Source: Octopus bimaculoides
Lineage: Eukaryota
Direction of reading: 5' to 3'
NCBI RefSeq assembly: GCF_001194135.2
Contig: NC_068995.1
Location: 5,005,352-5,069,351 of the forward strand
DNA: 64,000 bases
Within the stretch, counting starts at the first letter, position 1, and each line of letters starts with the position of its first letter. The notes under the pieces were generated by a model that worked only from the letters and a program-made list of their open reading frames with translations, ran no database searches and was not told where the DNA came from. Below, in pieces: positions 51,985 through 63,937 of the stretch. The position numbers were made by a program, and so were the translations under genes.

Positions 51985-52711
51985 GCGAGAAGGAGCAACT
52001 TAAAAAAATAAATCGAAATCTTAAAAAGTTTATTTTTTGACAAAACTCATTGCTTTGTAAGTAAAAAGGTAGAATCTGAAGAAATTAAACAAAAAAAAAA
52101 TGAAAAGAAAAATTATGGGTGGGGGTGCTTCTCCGGCACTCCCGGCCTTTGTCTACATGTTCAATAAGGACTGAGTGCCCTTCAACAACAGTATTTGATT
52201 TTATTTCCTCTTTCACGTTAGGAAAGAGGAACATACAATTTTATGCCGAACATACCATTTCCGGTATGTTCGGCAATATAAGTCACTGACTGGCTAAAAT
52301 TACATAATTTTAATAAAAAGTAACTTCTTTGATATTATTTCTAGATTTAAAAAAAATAAATGCAATTTTCGTCATCAGCATGCAAAACTAAATCAGGGAT
52401 ACATTTTTGAAAATAATCTGGTGAAACTTTCGAAAACTTCAATTGGTTGGAAAAAATTTAACAAAATTTCCGTCGTTCGCGAAGCTATCACGGAAATTTA
52501 CGAGTGATAAGTACGCTAAGAATTAACTCGGAGAACAAATAATTTCAATATTCAGTGACTTGTAAAAAAATATTTTGATACAGCTCCGAACGATATGGTA
52601 TTAAATAAATACAATGAAAATAAAAAATGATATTAATCTATATTTACATAAACAATTATATTGAAGATTTCCCATGATGCTCTTCGTTGGTCGTCAAACC
52701 ATCAACAAGCA

Positions 52712-53550
52712 ATGGACCCGAATCGTTCTAACGTGCGTAAGTCTTTGATTGAAGATTTAGGTTTAGACAGTAGCATGGAAGAAGTATGTGAACAAAAAAG
52801 TAGTTCGGCAATAGCAGACGAGAGCGATATTCACAGCATACACAGCCTTACGCAAGAATTATCTTCAGACAATGAAAACAGACTCGCAGACGTTGGCGAG
52901 ACTCGATCATCGATCGGCGCGGGAGAAATAAAACTAGAACCTACTTTCACTATTACCAATAAAGACGATGATAACAACAACACCAACAGTAACACCAACA
53001 ACAATAAGAACAGTGACGCATCATTTAGTACCAATAATGACGATATTTTACCTCACAAACCGCCTGATTTTCTTCCGACTCCTTTCTCTACTGAGTTTCC
53101 AAGTGTCCCAATTCTACCCAGTGTCACTTCAGATGAGATTTTGCCAAAGACCACCGATTCCTCTTCGTCTAAAAGTGATAACAAAGACAGCAGTAGCAAC
53201 AACACTACCACCACCACCACCACCACTACCACCACCGCCGCCGCCGCCACCACTACGACGACGACGACGACCACCACCACCACCACCACCAGCAATAATA
53301 CTAATAAAGATTCGGAGAAGACAACAGACAGTAACATCCCGGAGAATAGTTCTTCGAGTCAGTCTGGTAGTTCTGATGCCAAATGTGCCGCTTCAACGTC
53401 GAAGGATGATGGCACCGCATCAAGCAATGATGACAAAACCGATGTGAAACCAACGTCTGATGAAAAACACAAACTCGAAAATGCCGATGAAGGAGATGCC
53501 ACATTGGCGAAACAGAAAAAAGAGAAACACGAAGAACGGTTAAAGATGCA
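52712..53550 (+). CDS. TAF11: TAF11 first coding exon (long acidic/low-complexity N-terminus)
   Basis: Open frame from gcaATGg (52712) to EERLKM CA|gtgagt, in phase with the histone-fold exon; the ORF-track TTG start at 52661 is probably not used. Confidence 0.8.
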
Positions 53551-54295
53551 GTGAGTAGAATGATTCTTTGAAGGAATTACATTTGCCTTACATTCTGAGT
53601 TCAAATCTCGCCAAGTTCAACCTTGCGTTTCATCCTTCTGGGTATCAATATAATCGACTAAGTTCGACTCCTTGAAATTACTGGCCTTGTGCCAAAATTT
53701 GAAACAATTTTTATTATTATAAATGGTGGGTTGGCAGGGTAGTTCAGAGCATTGAAAAACACACAACACACACATAAATACACACACACGTCAATACACA
53801 TACAAACACACACACATAAATACATGTAACACATAAATATTCTGCATTTAACTCTTTAGGTACCAACCTGGTCATGCTGGAGCACCGCCTTTAGTCGAAC
53901 AAATCGACCCCAGGGCTTAGTCTTTGTAAGCCTAGTACTTAATCTATTGGTCTGTTTTGCCGAACTGTTAAATAATGGGAATGTAAACACACCAACATCG
54001 GTTGTCAAACGATGGTGGCGGGACAAACACAGGTGCACATACACACATATATATACATACGACAGTATCCGTCTACCAAATCCACTCACAAGGCTTTGGT
54101 CGGCCCGAGGCTATAGTAGAAGCCACTTGCATGTCCCAAACCCCAGCTGAATAATTTCAGAGTTATTTTAATAATTTTTTATTATTTTCAAAATTAATTT
54201 TAAAAAAAAAGGCAGTGTTATTTCAACAGAAATATGGTAATGAAAGAATATAAAATGATTCTACTTGTTTTGTTTTTCTTTTTTTTCTTCTTCAG

Positions 54296-54383
54296 AGTTC
54301 TTGTGTCCAATTTCTCTGAGGAACAATTGAACCGTTATGAGATGTACAGGAGAGCAGCTTTCCCCAAAGCTGCCATCAAAAGA
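54296..54383 (+). CDS. TAF11: TAF11 histone-fold exon
   Basis: ttcttcag|A GTT...AAA AGA|gtaagt, 88 bp; (Q)[29 protein letters not shown]. Confidence 0.95.
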
Positions 54384-55514
54384 GTAAGTCTTGTACTGTA
54401 GTCTTTTTTAACACTATTTCAGTGGTTGTGTAACCCCTGGATCAGTCTTCGTCTGTTGCATATATAATGGCCAAATGTGTGTCTTGGCATTAGACTTGAA
54501 GATGTCTTGTATCAATGTGATGATACTGAACAATGTTCAAAGATGTTTTTCATACCATAATGGCTGCATAGCTTGCATTCCACTAGAGCTTGAGTGCATT
54601 CTACAACATGCAGTTGTTGCTGCAGTTTTGATGCATTCTGTTATTAGAGAATGCATGTTTTTTAGCAGCTCTTTTCCATCAACTGCAATGATGACAGCTT
54701 CTGTTTCTTCAGCTGCATAATGATGGCAGTCTATTGAGTTCCAGTAGAAATGGAATTTCATGGTTTGTTAGTGAGACCCACATTGTCATACCTGACTGGT
54801 GGTGTTGAACTTAAGCAAAGAACGGTTCAAAAGCGTGAGAGAGAAAGTCCCCCAAAACATAAATCTTCAGTAAATAAAACAAAATAACCTGTAGGTGGAT
54901 TTAGTTAATCCTGGTGGGTGTGGAGTCTGCCTGGATGACAGGAGATTAAAAGTGTGTAGGATGTGGGCCAAAAAGACTTGGTATTCTCTGATGGTGTTCG
55001 TTTGATACAACTAGAGGGAGTGCTATTGACAAATCTTTGTGCTATGATCTGTGTGCCTTGCAGTTGACAGCTCATGTTGGTAAACATGTATATATGTATC
55101 TCTCTCTAAATATATATATATATATATATATCGAAATGCCGGTGTTAAAATGTGGGTAGCTGATGAAGTAGAATGATCTCTATGTGGCTTGTGTGTTTTC
55201 TCGTCTACGTTTGTTTGCAATGTCCTGTACCCAGATATGCACCTATACATACAGGTGGATGTCGGTATGCACATACCTGTACGTATATATGCATACATTC
55301 ATTTACTATTTGTTTTTATATATATGTATATATATGTGTGTGTGTGTGTGTGTGACTAGCTATCTATCTGTCTGGTCTGTCCATCCATCCATATATATAT
55401 ACACATACACACACACACATATCCATCCGTCCATCCATATGTAGAAATAAGAAAATTCAGAAAATGGAGATACAGCATTAATATAATTTATTATCTGCAA
55501 AAATCTAACAAATA

Positions 55515-55596
55515 CTCTTACAGCTGTTTCAATTTAGCCTAAAAGATTAAATTACAATAATTAAATCATTATATTAGGCAAAATCTCATCAGAGGG
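55515..55596 (-). ncRNA. Type I hammerhead ribozyme, same family as 8712-8760, extended stem II
   Basis: CCCU-CUGAUGA-GAUUUUGCCUAA(31 nt)UUAGGCUAAAUU-GAAA-CAGCUG-UA-AGAG; stem II pairs 11/12; one C-A mismatch in stem I. Confidence 0.75.
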
Positions 55597-55663
55597 GTAG
55601 AAAAGATATACCATTAGGTTATTAAGTGTAGTGTTTTTGAATCATCTCAGCAGACTCTCTCTG

Positions 55664-55700
<37 letters not shown>

Positions 55701-55914
55701 NNNNNNNNNNNNNNNNNNNNNNNNNNNNNNNNNNNNNNNNNNNNNNNNNNNNNNNNNNNNNNNNNNNNNNNNNNNNNNNNNNNNNNNNNNNNNNNNNNNN
55801 NNNNNNNNNNNNNNNNNNNNNNNNNNNNNNNNNNNNNNNNNNNNNNNNNNNNNNAATTTCACATGATGTTTATATATGTTTTCAATATTGTTTTGTACTT
55901 TCTCTTCCGCACAG

Positions 55915-56011
55915 TTAATGCAGTCCATCACAGGATCCTCTATTTCACAGAATGTTGTCATAGCAATGTCCGGCATAGCTAAAGTTTTTGTTGGAGAAGT
56001 TGTTGAAGAAG
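55915..56011 (+). CDS. TAF11: TAF11 histone-fold exon
   Basis: gcacag|TTA...GAA G|gtctgt, 97 bp; [32 protein letters not shown]. Confidence 0.95.
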
Positions 56012-56270
56012 GTCTGTGGAATGCCAAGATTTCTTTGTTTATATGTTCCCTCTATACCACTCTGCTCTTTATTTTGGAATCTCAACTCCTTCCACTTCGT
56101 CTTTGTCAACCTTAGATTGATGGTCCTTACTCTAACAAACATTTACTGTATTTCCCGGCATATAATTCCAAATAATATACAGTGTAAACATGTTGTGTAA
56201 ACCTTCAAACACTGTCCTTATCTTTTCAAATATTGTTGCATTTCGTAAGGAATTTTTGATCCTCTAAAAT

Positions 56271-56392
56271 TGTATTTGTGTATAAATCAACCCCCCCTGT
56301 TTTTGGCTGTATTTGTGTATAAATTGATCCCCTCCCCTGTTTTTGGCTGTATTTGTGTATAAATTGCCCCCCCCCCGTTTTTGGCTGTAAAT
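56271..56392. repeat. Short GC-run minisatellite, about 3 copies of a ~40-bp unit
   Basis: TGTATTTGTGTATAAAT...CCCCC...GTTTTTGGC repeated. Confidence 0.7.
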
Positions 56393-57957
56393 ATTTTGTT
56401 TAAAAAGTTTGACCTGTGTACTAGAGAAAACAATATGTATTTTAAGATCATCATCATCATTTCCCATGCTGGTATGGGTTGGACGGTTTGGTTGTAGCTG
56501 GGAAGCCAGAGGGCTGCACCAGACCTCAGTTGTCTGTTTCTGCAGCTGGATACCCTTCTTAATGCCAACCACTTTACAGAGTGTACTCGGTGCTTTTTAT
56601 GTGGCACCAGCACCTTAATTCACCAAAACAGTTTATGCCATTCTGAAGACAGGTTGAATAAAGTTGGATTTGGGTTAATACCTGTAAACTTGTCAGTACA
56701 ATTACCTGAAGACAATAAGAGAGATTTTATGAGGATGCTGGATGTGCTCAAATTAGCTGCCACACCTTTTTTAAATTACACCATATCAATTTTAAAAAAG
56801 TGAAGGACACATTGAATGATGTAGTCCTAGGCTTGCTATGTCTGAAAGAACAAGATATCATTGTTGTGACTGGAATACCTTTGGGTATAATTGTTTGTGT
56901 TGGGGGAATATCTGAATGTGGTGTGTTCTTGGTTACCATGGGACACTGCGGCTCTGCATGTTTGAAGAAGGGATTAAAAAGCTGAGCAACAGGAAAGGCA
57001 CCCAGCTATGAAACACTGCCTCAGACAACCCATCCATCCGAAGCTAGCGTGGAAAAATGAACGTAAACCAACGACGATTATGATGACACGACTCGAGTTC
57101 TGCTTAAATGTTAGATGCAATTTTTGTATTGCAAGGAACATAACTCTGCCATACTTTTATTCTGTTATATTTCTAGATGAATATTAATTTTTTAAAGTAG
57201 TTGTAAAAAATTATCTTTTGTTTTATACACTGGAGACTGAAGTTTAATCATCCTTTTGTCGAGGTTCTAAATGAGGTGAAAGTTATTTTGAGTTACTGGG
57301 ACTGTGTGGGGTTGAAGGGCTGCACTAAACTGTTCTGGTTGAGACCAGGGCCTTATTTATGAGCACCATTAAAAGCTTCCATTCAAATCTTATGATCTTT
57401 CACCTCTCTCTCTCTCTGAGGTTTGGTGCAAGCATGACTGTATTCATTAGAAATTTACTTTGTAACCATGTGATTCCAGGTTCAGTCCCGCTGTTTGGGA
57501 TCTGTAGAAGATCAGACATAACTGTGGTCAAGAAATCTGTTTTGCAGCTATGTGCTTTTGTTGCCACTGTGCAACACCTTAGGCTAGTGTCGTCCACTAT
57601 GGTCCTGAGCTGACCAGTGCCTTGCGAAGGAATTTAGTTAAACAGAAATCGTACAAAGCCTGTCGTGTGTGTGTGTGTGTACAGACTGGAGTCTGGTGCA
57701 GCCTTCCAGGATGCCAGCCCAGTCAAACTGTCCAACCCATGCCAGCATGCGACAACAGACATTAGATGATGATGATGATCTGCTTAGTTTCAGTTGAAAA
57801 TACTTAGTGATAGAACCACTGGAGCCATGTGAGTGTTTTATTGAGTTCTCCATTGCTATTGGTGATGCTTCACACCTAAATTATGATTTGGATTTCATAC
57901 TTGGCGTCGGTCTTTTATTTTAAAATAATTTCTTTATTTTGTTTTTGTATTCTTTAG

Positions 57958-58091
57958 CGCTGGATGTGCTTGAACAGTGGGGCGACAGTGGACCACTCCA
58001 ACCAAAACATTTGCGTGAGGCAGTCCGCAGACTAAAACATCAAGGCATTGTGCCGACAACGAAATTTAAGAAAAGTGCTTTATTTAGATAA
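57958..58091 (+). CDS. TAF11: TAF11 last coding exon
   Basis: tctttag|CG CTG...AGA TAA; (A)[43 protein letters not shown]; spliced CDS is 1158 nt. Confidence 0.95.
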
Positions 58092-58124
58092 ATAAATGAT
58101 GTAAATGACTGTTTATGTAAATAA
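58091..58124 (+). terminator. TAF11 polyadenylation signals
   Basis: AATAAA at 58091-58096 overlapping the stop codon, a second near 58119, followed by GT/T-rich sequence. Confidence 0.55.
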
Positions 58125-59149
58125 ATATTTATTGAAATTTATATTGTGTCTTGTAAGGTGTTTTGTGAACAGAGCTCACCAGTGGCTGCTGCCTCATAAA
58201 AAGCACCTATCCACTCTGTAATGTGGTTGGTATTTGGAAATGCATCATCATTGGTTAATGTCTACTTTCCATGCTGGCATGGGTTGGACGGTTTGACATG
58301 GAGGAGGCTAGCAGGAAGCTGTCCAGACTCCAACTGTCTGTTGTCGCCTGGTTTTTATGGCTGGATGCTCTTCCTAATGCCAACAGCATCCAGCTATAAG
58401 AACTCTGCCAAAACTGACAGTAGAGTTTGGTGCAGTCCTCTGGTTTGCCAACTCCTGTCAAACCGTCCAGCCCATGCCAACATGGAAGGTGGATGTTAAA
58501 TGACGATGAAGCCACATGGATGTTGAATGTGTGAGATGTATGAAGTCTGGTAAGAAAGAAGATGAGCATGATTCACTGGATTTGTATTGTTGGATCGTGC
58601 AAATGATTGAGCACATTTGAGTGTGTGGGGATGAGGAAACGGTGTGAGAGAACAAACGCATGTACACACACATAATATATATATATACTTATCCATGGTG
58701 CCGTACAGTGGACTGAACCTGGAACGATGTAGTTGGGAAGCAAGCATCTTACCACATGGCTATGCCTGCACCTATATATATATGTGTGTGTGTATGGAGA
58801 GAGAGAAGGAGATGTTTTGGTCGAGGAACCATGAACAAATAAATTACAGTTTGTAAAATATTATGCACACTAACCATTAAATTGTGGAGGGGATGGAAGG
58901 ATGGAATTGCAAAAATTGAATTACATGTCTACCATTAAATAATTTGTATTTTGGCTCTTCCTCTTTCTGTTTCTTAGTTTGTTTCTCTATCAGATCTGAC
59001 TGGTTGGCAGGACACCACCATTGAACCATTCTAATCTCTCACCCATACATGCATCTTCTCTCAGTTTTCTTCTATTGTTACTGCAATGACCTCTACGTTG
59101 TGCCATTGTGGCCACAAACCTATACCCTATACTAATCTCTACATCTAAT

Positions 59150-59597
59150 CTTTGTGGGGAAAATTTTTTTCGAAGTGGGTGGGGAGAGGACTTCCAAAGA
59201 GAAATTCATAAATCATTTTTTTTTACTTGAGTGTAATGGAAATAAGTTTGAAAAAAAAATTTCAGATTCATTCATTTTTCGTTTGAGCAATGGAAAAAGG
59301 GTTTTAAAAAGATCCCAATAGTGGAGATGTGCTAAAACCAACAGCTAAATCACCCTTAACTTTTTTTACTATAGTGAAACCATATTCAACACCGTATTTA
59401 TGAATTTGTTTCTCTCTCCATGATACATGGGATCGTTTAAAAAACCTTTTTCCATTACTCAAACGAAAAATAGATGAATCTAAAAATTTTTTTTCAAACT
59501 TTTTTCCATTACACACAAGCAAAAAAATAATTCATGAATTTCTTCCTCTTCGTAAGTCCTCTCCTCACCCCCTCGGGAATGATTTCCCCCACAAATT
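59150..59597. mobile_element. About 450-bp imperfect palindromic MITE
   Basis: Arms about 59150-59330 and 59425-59597 are reverse complements (e.g. GGAGAGGACTT / AAGTCCTCTCC; TTTTTCGTTTGAG / CTCAAACGAAAAA). Confidence 0.7.
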
Positions 59598-60414
59598 TCT
59601 TTATGCCGTTTGAAAGGTATTTATATAAATTTTCCTAAAAAGATATCCATTTTCCTAAAAGCTATTCTTGAGAATTTTCAGAAAATCCTCTCCTCCCCTC
59701 ATCCCAGTTCGTTGGCGCATATTTTTGTTTTCATATTCGTTTAATACACATTTTTAAAACACCTATTGTTGTTTTGTTTTTGTGACCGGGAGTTAAAGTA
59801 AACATTAACGTAACTTATTTTTAATCGTTTAGATATTGGTTTTGGTCATTACAGATAAGCAAGTTATTTTTCTACACTAAGTACTGGGGGCAATTTGTTC
59901 GACCAAAGTTCTTTAGAAAGCTGCCCCAGCATGGCCGCAGTTTTATGAGTGAAACAAGTAAAAAATAAAAGATCTATCAATCGTTTTTACTTTGGCGATC
60001 TTTCGGTACGATTACCTAAATATCGGCCTTTTCCGTAAAACCCTAACACCGTAATGAAGATTGTGCGGGTGTTACGGAAAAAGCCGATCTTTGGTAAAGA
60101 TCGCCGAAGACACTTTTTACGGAAAAGGCCGATATTTAGGTAATCGTACCGGAAGATCGCCTTCATTTTAATTGATGCCGCTGGTTGCCGTTGCAAATTC
60201 TCGGAACACGCTTCCCAAGTTAGCAGGAATAAAATACGAAAATATAAGGATTATATAAAACAAGTATCAGTCCATTTTCCCTAGATTTCAATAGTTGTTG
60301 GAGAAAATAGAATTATTATATAAAAAACGAATAATACGAAAAATAAATTTCTAATTTAGAAAGTAAATATCTGCCGACGAAGTAAATACGAAACCATGAT
60401 TCTAAATGTTACTA

Positions 60415-60422
60415 ACTTCCGG
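60415..60422. promoter_or_regulatory. ETS motif in the likely promoter of the unidentified gene
   Basis: ACTTCCGG followed by a pyrimidine-rich, initiator-like stretch about 180 bp upstream of the ATG. Confidence 0.35.
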
Positions 60423-60600
60423 TTAATCCATTTCTTTTTCCCCTCGTTCTTCATCTTTTGCCGTTTCCGTTGTCGAAAGACCAAAGTTGTTAATTGAGAT
60501 TCATTACCGTCTTTAATTACTTTCTGTGTTGGTTTACTTACTTATCTACACACACACACACACAACGTTTTATATATATTTAGGTTATATTTGCTGGGCA

Positions 60601-60925
60601 ATGACGGAAACAGCTGGTATGCTTTCTATTGGGACGTACGGCGAGAATTCAGACGAAGAAAACGACGAAGCTGTCAGCGATGATGGAGACACACCGAACC
60701 ACCACCACCACAACAACACCAACAACAATAACACCATCACACCGCCCAGTAAAGACTTGACAGAAGCCGTGGCCGTTGACAACATTTCAGATGATGAGAT
60801 TAGACACGACAGCGAAAATAATAATAATAATAATCCCATCAATTCTGTGAAACCTCCTTTGCTGGATTTCAAAGACAACAGATCCGACGATGGATCGAAA
60901 GATTATAAAGTAAAGAAAGCCAAAA
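60601..60925 (+). CDS. First coding exon of an unidentified acidic, low-complexity protein; gene continues past the identifiable sequence
   Basis: Acceptor atttag| at 60583, gcaATGa at 60601, open frame MTETAGMLSIGTYGENSDEENDEAVSDD...KVKKAK, strong donor A|gtaagt at 60926; CpG-enriched, ETS motif upstream. Confidence 0.7.
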
Positions 60926-63900
60926 GTAAGTTCATTGTTGCTTCTATAATAATATTCTCTCGTCTTTTATGCTTTTACTCGACATTTTAGCCACCCTGGG
61001 GCACAACTCTACCATAAAATAATTTGCTTGTAGCATATTTTCTATTCGTATTCTTTTATTCGAGTTGTTGGCCAAACTGGGACAGCAATGTCGTTTAATT
61101 ATTGACATTCCTACAGATGGATATCCCTAGAATTGAATATGAAATTCTTTGGACAATATCGAAAGATAACCACAGAGTTTTTATGATAGAAAACAACCAA
61201 CTAATTTCGGTCAAACTAAAGGGTTTAGAATATTAGAATATTTTACTTTTTATTCCCACCCGGGTCAAACCCATTATTTTTTTTTATTCCCACCCGGGTC
61301 AAACCCTTTAGTTTAATCCTAATTTCTTGTCCTTTTCCCTTCTCCATGCTGTTCTGATAACTATTCCGAAGGTTCTGGTAAGATGTGTCGGAAAAATTTT
61401 TAAAGATAGAAGAAAAAAAAACAAAAAACAAGTAAAATTCACCTTAATTTTTATCGAAATTTATCAACCAAATTATCGAGTAAACCTCGGTATACATAGA
61501 CACATCGTGGAGCACCTACATGGACGCTCAACCGGCTAGAAAGAGCAGTAGTATCATCTTCCTCAAACGGCACCAACTGAATAATTAATTATTTCGTTTG
61601 TATATTTTTTTTGTTTTTGGTTTCAATAATTGTTATTACAGTTAAGAAAACATTTTATTTCCCAGTTATTCGAATGAATAAAATAATATTAAATAAACCG
61701 TGTAGTAACTTCTGGTGGTTATCGTTATTCAATGGTGACTTCAAACGAGGGAGTCACGGTGAATTTGACTTCAAAATTTAACGTTCGGTAGCTTGAATAT
61801 AATTTTGTTTCACCCTACTACAATTTGAGGTTACCCCTTCAAATAAAACCCGTTTTATTTAAATAGTATTTTCTCCAGGCAATCTTCTATTTTATTGTGT
61901 AAAAGCAACTCAGTAAAATTTGACAACGGAAGTATAAAAAAATTGACAGGGCAGAAACGAAACGTATCCAAAGATCTCACGTGTGAATCTAAATTTACTG
62001 AGAAACCAACTTCGGAATTTCAGGCAAGACTTCCCCCCGTCATCCCCACTATTTCCGAATTTCATTTCTTGTCTAAATAATATATTCTATAGATGAAGAT
62101 ATTCAGTAAATACTATTTCAATGGCGAAGGTAAAGGACATGGACCTTTCGGTTATTGTTTTTGGGTTTTTTTTTCTACAGAAACCTACCTTTTTGACTGC
62201 GGATATTCCGAATCTGCACAAAAAAAAAAAAAAAAAAGAAAAATAATTAATAAAAAACCGGTATTTCAAAATTTTGACCGCCCCTACCTCACCTCCCAGT
62301 TTTTCACCTTTTTTAGAATTTTTTTTTTTTTGGCGAAATACGGAGAATATGATCCTGAAAAAAAAATTTGTAAAATTTCAATTTTTCAAAAAAATAAAAA
62401 TAAAAGTAAATGAACAACATTCCCTCCACTCCGCCTTCTCAACCTTTAAATATCTGAGCCAGATCCGAAAGCTGGATTTTTTGGCGGTGTGTGTTGGGGG
62501 CACAGTGCACAGAAAAGTAAATAAAAAATCAATAACTCCTGACCTATTCTTTTAATATTGATCTAGAGCAGGATTAAGACCAACTGATGCCTTAAGCACA
62601 TCCCGACAATGGTTCCTCCCTTCTCCACTCTGCCATTGTTCAACTGACAAAACATTAACACACAATCCTTTCTATTGTAGGAACAAGGCCTGAAAGTTTG
62701 GAGGAGGGGTCTAGTTCAACTCATCGACCCCAGTATTCAACTGGTACTTATTTTATTGACCCTGAAAGGATGAAAGGCAGAATCGACTACACTGGAATTT
62801 GAACTCGTTGTAAAGCTGGAAAAAATGCTGCTAAGCACTCTGGCGCTTCTGCCAGTTTGACACAAAATTTACCGTTCTAAATGTGAAATGATAGATTACA
62901 AATTGTTTTCTTCTCAGCCAGACTCTGCAATTCTTAAATACAACCTGTTTTATGATTTTAATTTATTTCACATTAAATAGCAGTAAACAAGTGTTTCATA
63001 TTGTTTTATGTCTGTTTCCCCAAGGTAGCTTGGCTGAGACAAATGTATTATCCTTACTTAAAACCAGGCAAGAGTTAATGATGCCTTTCCTGCTGCTAAC
63101 TTTCACCTATTTTTTCTTGTAGGGATCTCTTATTTTATGTCTTCAAAGACACAACGCCAGCAGACAAGTTGTTGACTACAATGTCACCACGTCTAGCAAA
63201 TCAGTTTTGCAAATATGAGCAATAATAGACACTTGCATATGTATATATATAACGTCTGCTTTCCATGCTGGCATGGGTTGGACAGTTTGACATGAAGCTG
63301 ACTAGCAGGGAGCTGTCCAGACTCCACTTGTCTTTTGTGGCATAGATTTTTATGGTTGGATGCTCTTCTTAAAGCCAACCACTTAACAGAGTGCACTGGG
63401 TGCTTTTTATGTGCCACCAGCATGGATGCGTTTACACAGCACTGGCACCTGAAAAGACAAGCCTGTATGTGTGGAAGAGAGCAATTTTACTTAGCTTGAT
63501 GCATCTTATCTATATATATATATATCCTCATTGTCATCATTTCCTACCATCCCTGCCTGCCTGCAGTAGAATGCGTATTAACATGTGATAATTGCTTCCA
63601 TGGCACGAATTTGTATTATTGGACATACCTCATGTTAGTTTCAACGTCTTCTGTGCTGGTTTAGAGCATGTTGGAAGTGGGTATTAATTAAATTGGGAGC
63701 TTTCCTTCTTCTAGATTGGTTGCTTTCACTGCAATTAAACAGCTCAATCTACTTGTACAAAATATATATTTAATTCCATAGGTGGGACTCTAACAGGAGC
63801 TACTGTTCTGGGTCAGAACGCACTTGGGAGTAATGATAATTAATGAGGGCTCCATGTTCCCTAGAATTCCAGGTCTTTTGAACCGGAGCCTCACCATCAG

Positions 63901-63937
63901 ATCCAGTTTAATGTCATACCCATAGTGTATATGTGTG

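Noticed and set aside
52661-52711. TTG start and MKISHDALRW... extension of TAF11 in the ORF track
   Set aside because: Non-ATG start; an in-frame ATG in good Kozak context is at 52712, and a possible acceptor at 52666 would cut the extension
54421-54780. Possible LINE zinc-knuckle remnant (CKLC...EHC) on the minus strand
   Set aside because: Multiple stops and too little similarity to assign without a profile search
61213-61314. 14-bp inverted repeat enclosing a 24-bp direct duplication
   Set aside because: Real but small; most simply a MITE remnant or replication slippage with no functional cue
63121-63180. ttcttgtag| acceptor as exon 2 of the unidentified gene; also ttctcag| near 62917
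   Set aside because: Both hit stop codons within a few codons in the required phase
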